Assembly (NCBI GenBank): GCA_003452935.1
Contig: DMMY01000005.1
Span: 57,858 to 121,857 of the forward strand
Direction of reading: 5' to 3'
Source of the DNA: Elusimicrobiota bacterium
GTDB lineage: Bacteria; Elusimicrobiota; Elusimicrobia; UBA1565; UBA9628
DNA: 64,000 nucleotides
The position numbers were made by a program, and so were the translations under genes. The notes below the pieces were generated by a model. The model was not told where the DNA came from. It ran no database searches and worked only from the letters and a program-made list of their open reading frames with translations. Below are positions 63,001 to 64,000 of this stretch, one piece after another; positions within the stretch are counted from its first letter, which is position 1, and each line of letters begins with the position of its first letter.

Positions 63001-63890
63001 TGTCGCCTTCAGTCGGGACCGTGCAAAGCAACGAATTTTTGTTCGAAGTCACGGAAGGGATGAAGAGCCTCGGGTTGCTGGCGGGGGGATCGAGTGGTGT
63101 GGTCGCTAGGCCGCCCGCGTTCTATCAGGCCAACTTGCGCTTGAGGGTCTTGCACGGCGGCAAAGTGACGGCGCCTAGCCGTGCCTCCGTGACCGTGCCG
63201 CCATGGGCCCTGGACGCCGACACGAGCGTGACCATTGATCGCGGCGCGGCGTCGGGAGCGGCTCATGACGCGCGCGAGCAGGCCCGGATATCCGGCGCTT
63301 TGGGCGGCGTGGGCGTCCCGGTAGAGTTCGGGCCCCGGGGCGCGCGCTTCTCGGTTCCCGTGATCATCGAATTGCCCTACGACCCGGCGGATATCCCGCT
63401 GGGGCAGGAATATAAGATCGCGGTGCACTATTGGGACCAAGCGGCCGGCGTGTGGCTGGCCCTGCAAAGCGATGTGGACACGGCGCGCCACCGCGTGCGC
63501 GCCAGGACGGATCATTTCTCGGTGTATCAGCCGCTTTTGCCGGGCGTCTATTCCGCGGCCAACGCGTCGGCGGCGTTCGGTCTTCGCGATGTGTACGCAT
63601 TCCCGAATCCGGCGCGGAACAACCGTTCCGTGACGATCCGCAGCCAAGTGGGCTTGGCCGATCAGGTGGACGTCAATATCTACGATATCGCAGGGCGCGT
63701 CATGCGTTCAGGAAACATCAGTTCGTGGCAGATTCTCGATGACGGCAACGGCAAAGGCCCTCAATTTACCTATGACTATGTTTGGGACACAGGAGGCATC
63801 GGCTCTGGTGTCTACATCTACTCTATTACCGCCAGGAAGGCCGGGTCTTCACCCATTCGTAAAACCGGCAAGGTGGGGGTGATCAAGTGA
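60084..63890 (+). CDS. Secreted NHL-repeat / fibronectin-III-like multidomain protein with a type IX secretion (Por_Secre_tail/FlgD-Ig-like) C-terminal sorting domain
   Basis: Signal peptide (…LIMGAVLAVLFPQSLAAQ). Two Fn3-like modules (…NWSSGTQSTGYNSD…). Six tandem NHL repeats (I-TVAGNG…SGDGG-ATSA-L-P-GVAVD--GN-YIAD--N-RIRKVD). More Fn3/IPT-like modules follow (GSGFG…RVRFG). A C-terminal ~90-aa CTD YAFPNPARNNRSVTIRSQ…VDVNIYDIAGRVMRS…GVYIYSITARKAGSSPIRKTGKVGVIK matches the T9SS sorting domain consensus. The start is a GTG at 60084 or the ATG at 60165. Confidence 0.8.
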   Translation: MEKDERGWASNSGRGAKVDLSFWSSLIMGAVLAVLFPQSLAAQTLEAHVIDESGARISAGTTELVFSQGQALVGTSQSGSTSIDFGFLNGLPVEAISPMAGNPPFSMVGVSSVAVNWLANGNPAGTLYYAQISPSADFSSVTASSQTYNESAAFIGLNANTLYYVHAAAYSILTSTWCMFSPIGSTYTLAVAPGSPPDGISTFTAVYTSSFTLNWSSGTQSTGYNSDDTLYLAQISTKASFVPLWASSQTLNLNAIFTNLNESKKYYAQVQAVNANNIPSSFTILGSAFTQSFPMPLGIINTVAGNGDYSDSGDGGPATSGAMYDPQGVAVDSTGNVYIADSLGQRVRKVDTSGIITTVAGNGQSGSWGDGGLATSATLNGPRGVTVDSIGNFYIADEWNHRIRKVDASGIITTVAGNGSQGFSGDGDQATSASLHNPFSVAVDEIGNIYIGDLSFHVRKVGTDGVIHTVAGNGSRGYSGDGGPATSAAMGPPHIAVDEYGNIYIADGDNNRIRKVDTNGIIETIAGTGNWGYSGDGGQATSAELYNPVAVAVDSHGDVYMSDNANVIRKVDANGIINTIAGTFPYPGYSGDGGLATSAKFSFAYGVAIDAFRNIYVSDRYNRRIRQVAVSSSTLSLPVLSASAQSPTSIQWSWSGLNYAAAYRMVSSTGGAISSVLSNRTTYFIETNISTNTLYARELVAINSMGSSTSAVVSTYTLSAAPIDLAMVSVASSAVHLTWNANGNPNTTNFEVSYTTSTGFAVDSDISTAPLVTSTFTTVDSLASGTSYYFRVRAYNGGGFATAFSLIVSTYMPVLQSSVTAMTPSSGTIGATLAIFGSGFGTGDGDNTRVRFGINGSTAPISLWTDTQISAIVPLLSSGAYAVAIERQTGSTVTITSAGTFTVATPHISTITPSFGNASFDIEGSGFGEYVDTGTTKVTFNGTPVDLSAWHDAMIRVVPDDISVGTYTVVVVLSPSVGTVQSNEFLFEVTEGMKSLGLLAGGSSGVVARPPAFYQANLRLRVLHGGKVTAPSRASVTVPPWALDADTSVTIDRGAASGAAHDAREQARISGALGGVGVPVEFGPRGARFSVPVIIELPYDPADIPLGQEYKIAVHYWDQAAGVWLALQSDVDTARHRVRARTDHFSVYQPLLPGVYSAANASAAFGLRDVYAFPNPARNNRSVTIRSQVGLADQVDVNIYDIAGRVMRSGNISSWQILDDGNGKGPQFTYDYVWDTGGIGSGVYIYSITARKAGSSPIRKTGKVGVIK
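60979..61965 (+). repeat. Six tandem ~174-nt coding repeats (NHL repeats) inside the 60084..63890 gene
   Basis: Repeated peptide units IINTVAGNG.../IITTVAGNG.../VIHTVAGNG.../IIETIAGTG.../IINTIAGTF... with a period of about 58 aa. The nucleotide units are imperfect copies (gttgc[ct]ggtaatgg…cgtatccg[ct]aa[ag]gtgga). Confidence 0.7.
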
Positions 63891-64000
63891 AGAGGATCAT
63901 CCTGTTGGGCTGGCTCGTGATTCTGCCCAAACTGGCCTGGGCTGGCGAAACGGCCGCTTTCCTCAAGATAGGCGTGGGCGCCCGTCCCCTGGGCTTGGGC
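63887..64000 (+). CDS. Partial (5' end only) PorV/PorQ-family outer-membrane protein candidate (T9SS-associated), truncated by the window end
   Basis: GTG start overlapping the upstream stop (GTGA). Signal peptide MKRIILLGWLVILPKLAWA, then ETAAFLKIGVGARPLGLG, which matches the conserved N-terminal FLKIGVGARA-GMGGA block of PorV/PorQ/UPF0164-type barrels. Only 38 codons are visible. Confidence 0.4.
   Translation, partial: MKRIILLGWLVILPKLAWAGETAAFLKIGVGARPLGLG

Noticed and set aside
1-64000. CRISPR arrays or other short-period direct-repeat arrays
   Set aside because: No regularly spaced 25-40-bp direct repeats were seen anywhere. The only tandem periodicity found is the ~174-nt coding NHL repeat inside 60084..63890.

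Overview
This is a high-GC (~65-70%) bacterial chromosomal window that is almost entirely a cell-surface glycan biosynthesis and export locus. All calls below come from reading the ORF translations and the DNA by eye; no searches were run.

Gene content, in window order:
- 1-3.9 kb (minus strand): an excisionase-like HTH gene, a zincin-like peptidase, and a Ugd + UDP-xylose synthase + GT2 module that makes UDP-xylose.
- 4.1-6.0 kb (plus): a PAS sensor histidine kinase.
- 6.0-7.4 kb (minus): a secreted hypothetical protein and a ComF-family protein.
- 7.5-13.1 kb (minus): one 1861-aa giant outer-membrane beta-barrel, possibly SprA-like, with a near-consensus sigma70 promoter upstream.
- 13.2-22.6 kb (minus): an O-antigen-like initiation and polymerisation module. 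It contains a GT4, a DegT aminotransferase, a WbaP-like polyprenyl-phosphate sugar phosphotransferase, a membrane-domain-GT4 fusion, an O-antigen ligase/polymerase-like protein and a GT-C-like membrane protein.
- 22.7-29.4 kb (plus): a divergent operon of four consecutive polytopic GT-C (ArnT/PMT-like) membrane proteins.
- 29.4-31.0 kb (minus): KpsF/GutQ arabinose-5-phosphate isomerase plus a winged-HTH regulator.
- 31.0-57.5 kb (minus): a ~26.5 kb co-directional operon of about 24 genes, most with overlapping stop/start codons, that starts with pseB.
  - It holds a complete pseudaminic-acid-type (Pse) gene set: PseB, PseG-like, NeuB/PseI, a GNAT, a DegT aminotransferase and two CTP_transf_3 cytidylyltransferases.
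  - Mixed in are several SDR epimerase/dehydratases, a sugar nucleotidyltransferase, a 2-hydroxyacid dehydrogenase, a HAD phosphatase, two GT2/GT4 enzymes and two Wzx-type flippases, one of them fused to a GT4.
  - It also holds three cobalamin-binding radical SAM enzymes and one SPASM radical SAM enzyme.
- 57.6-59.1 kb (minus): a membrane-anchored SGNH-like protein.
- 59.3-64.0 kb (plus): a lower-GC segment with an OmpR-type response regulator, a 1268-aa NHL-repeat/Fn3 protein carrying a type-IX-secretion C-terminal sorting domain, and the 5' end of a PorV/PorQ-like gene.

The most interesting signals:
- The radical-SAM-decorated Pse operon.
- A shared promoter/operator (TTGACC-N17-TACAAT plus a TGTTC...GAACA inverted repeat) upstream of both pseB and the wHTH regulator gene.
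- The array of six GT-C paralogs next to a UDP-xylose module.
- Type IX secretion hallmarks: a C-terminal-sorting-domain cargo protein, a PorV-like gene and a SprA-like giant outer-membrane protein.

Many long ORFs in the six-frame track are antisense or frame-shifted artefacts of high GC and were not called. Several track ORFs carry non-coding N-terminal extensions, so their starts are reassigned here. Coordinates may be off by one nucleotide in places, because hand indexing disagreed with the ORF-track frame.
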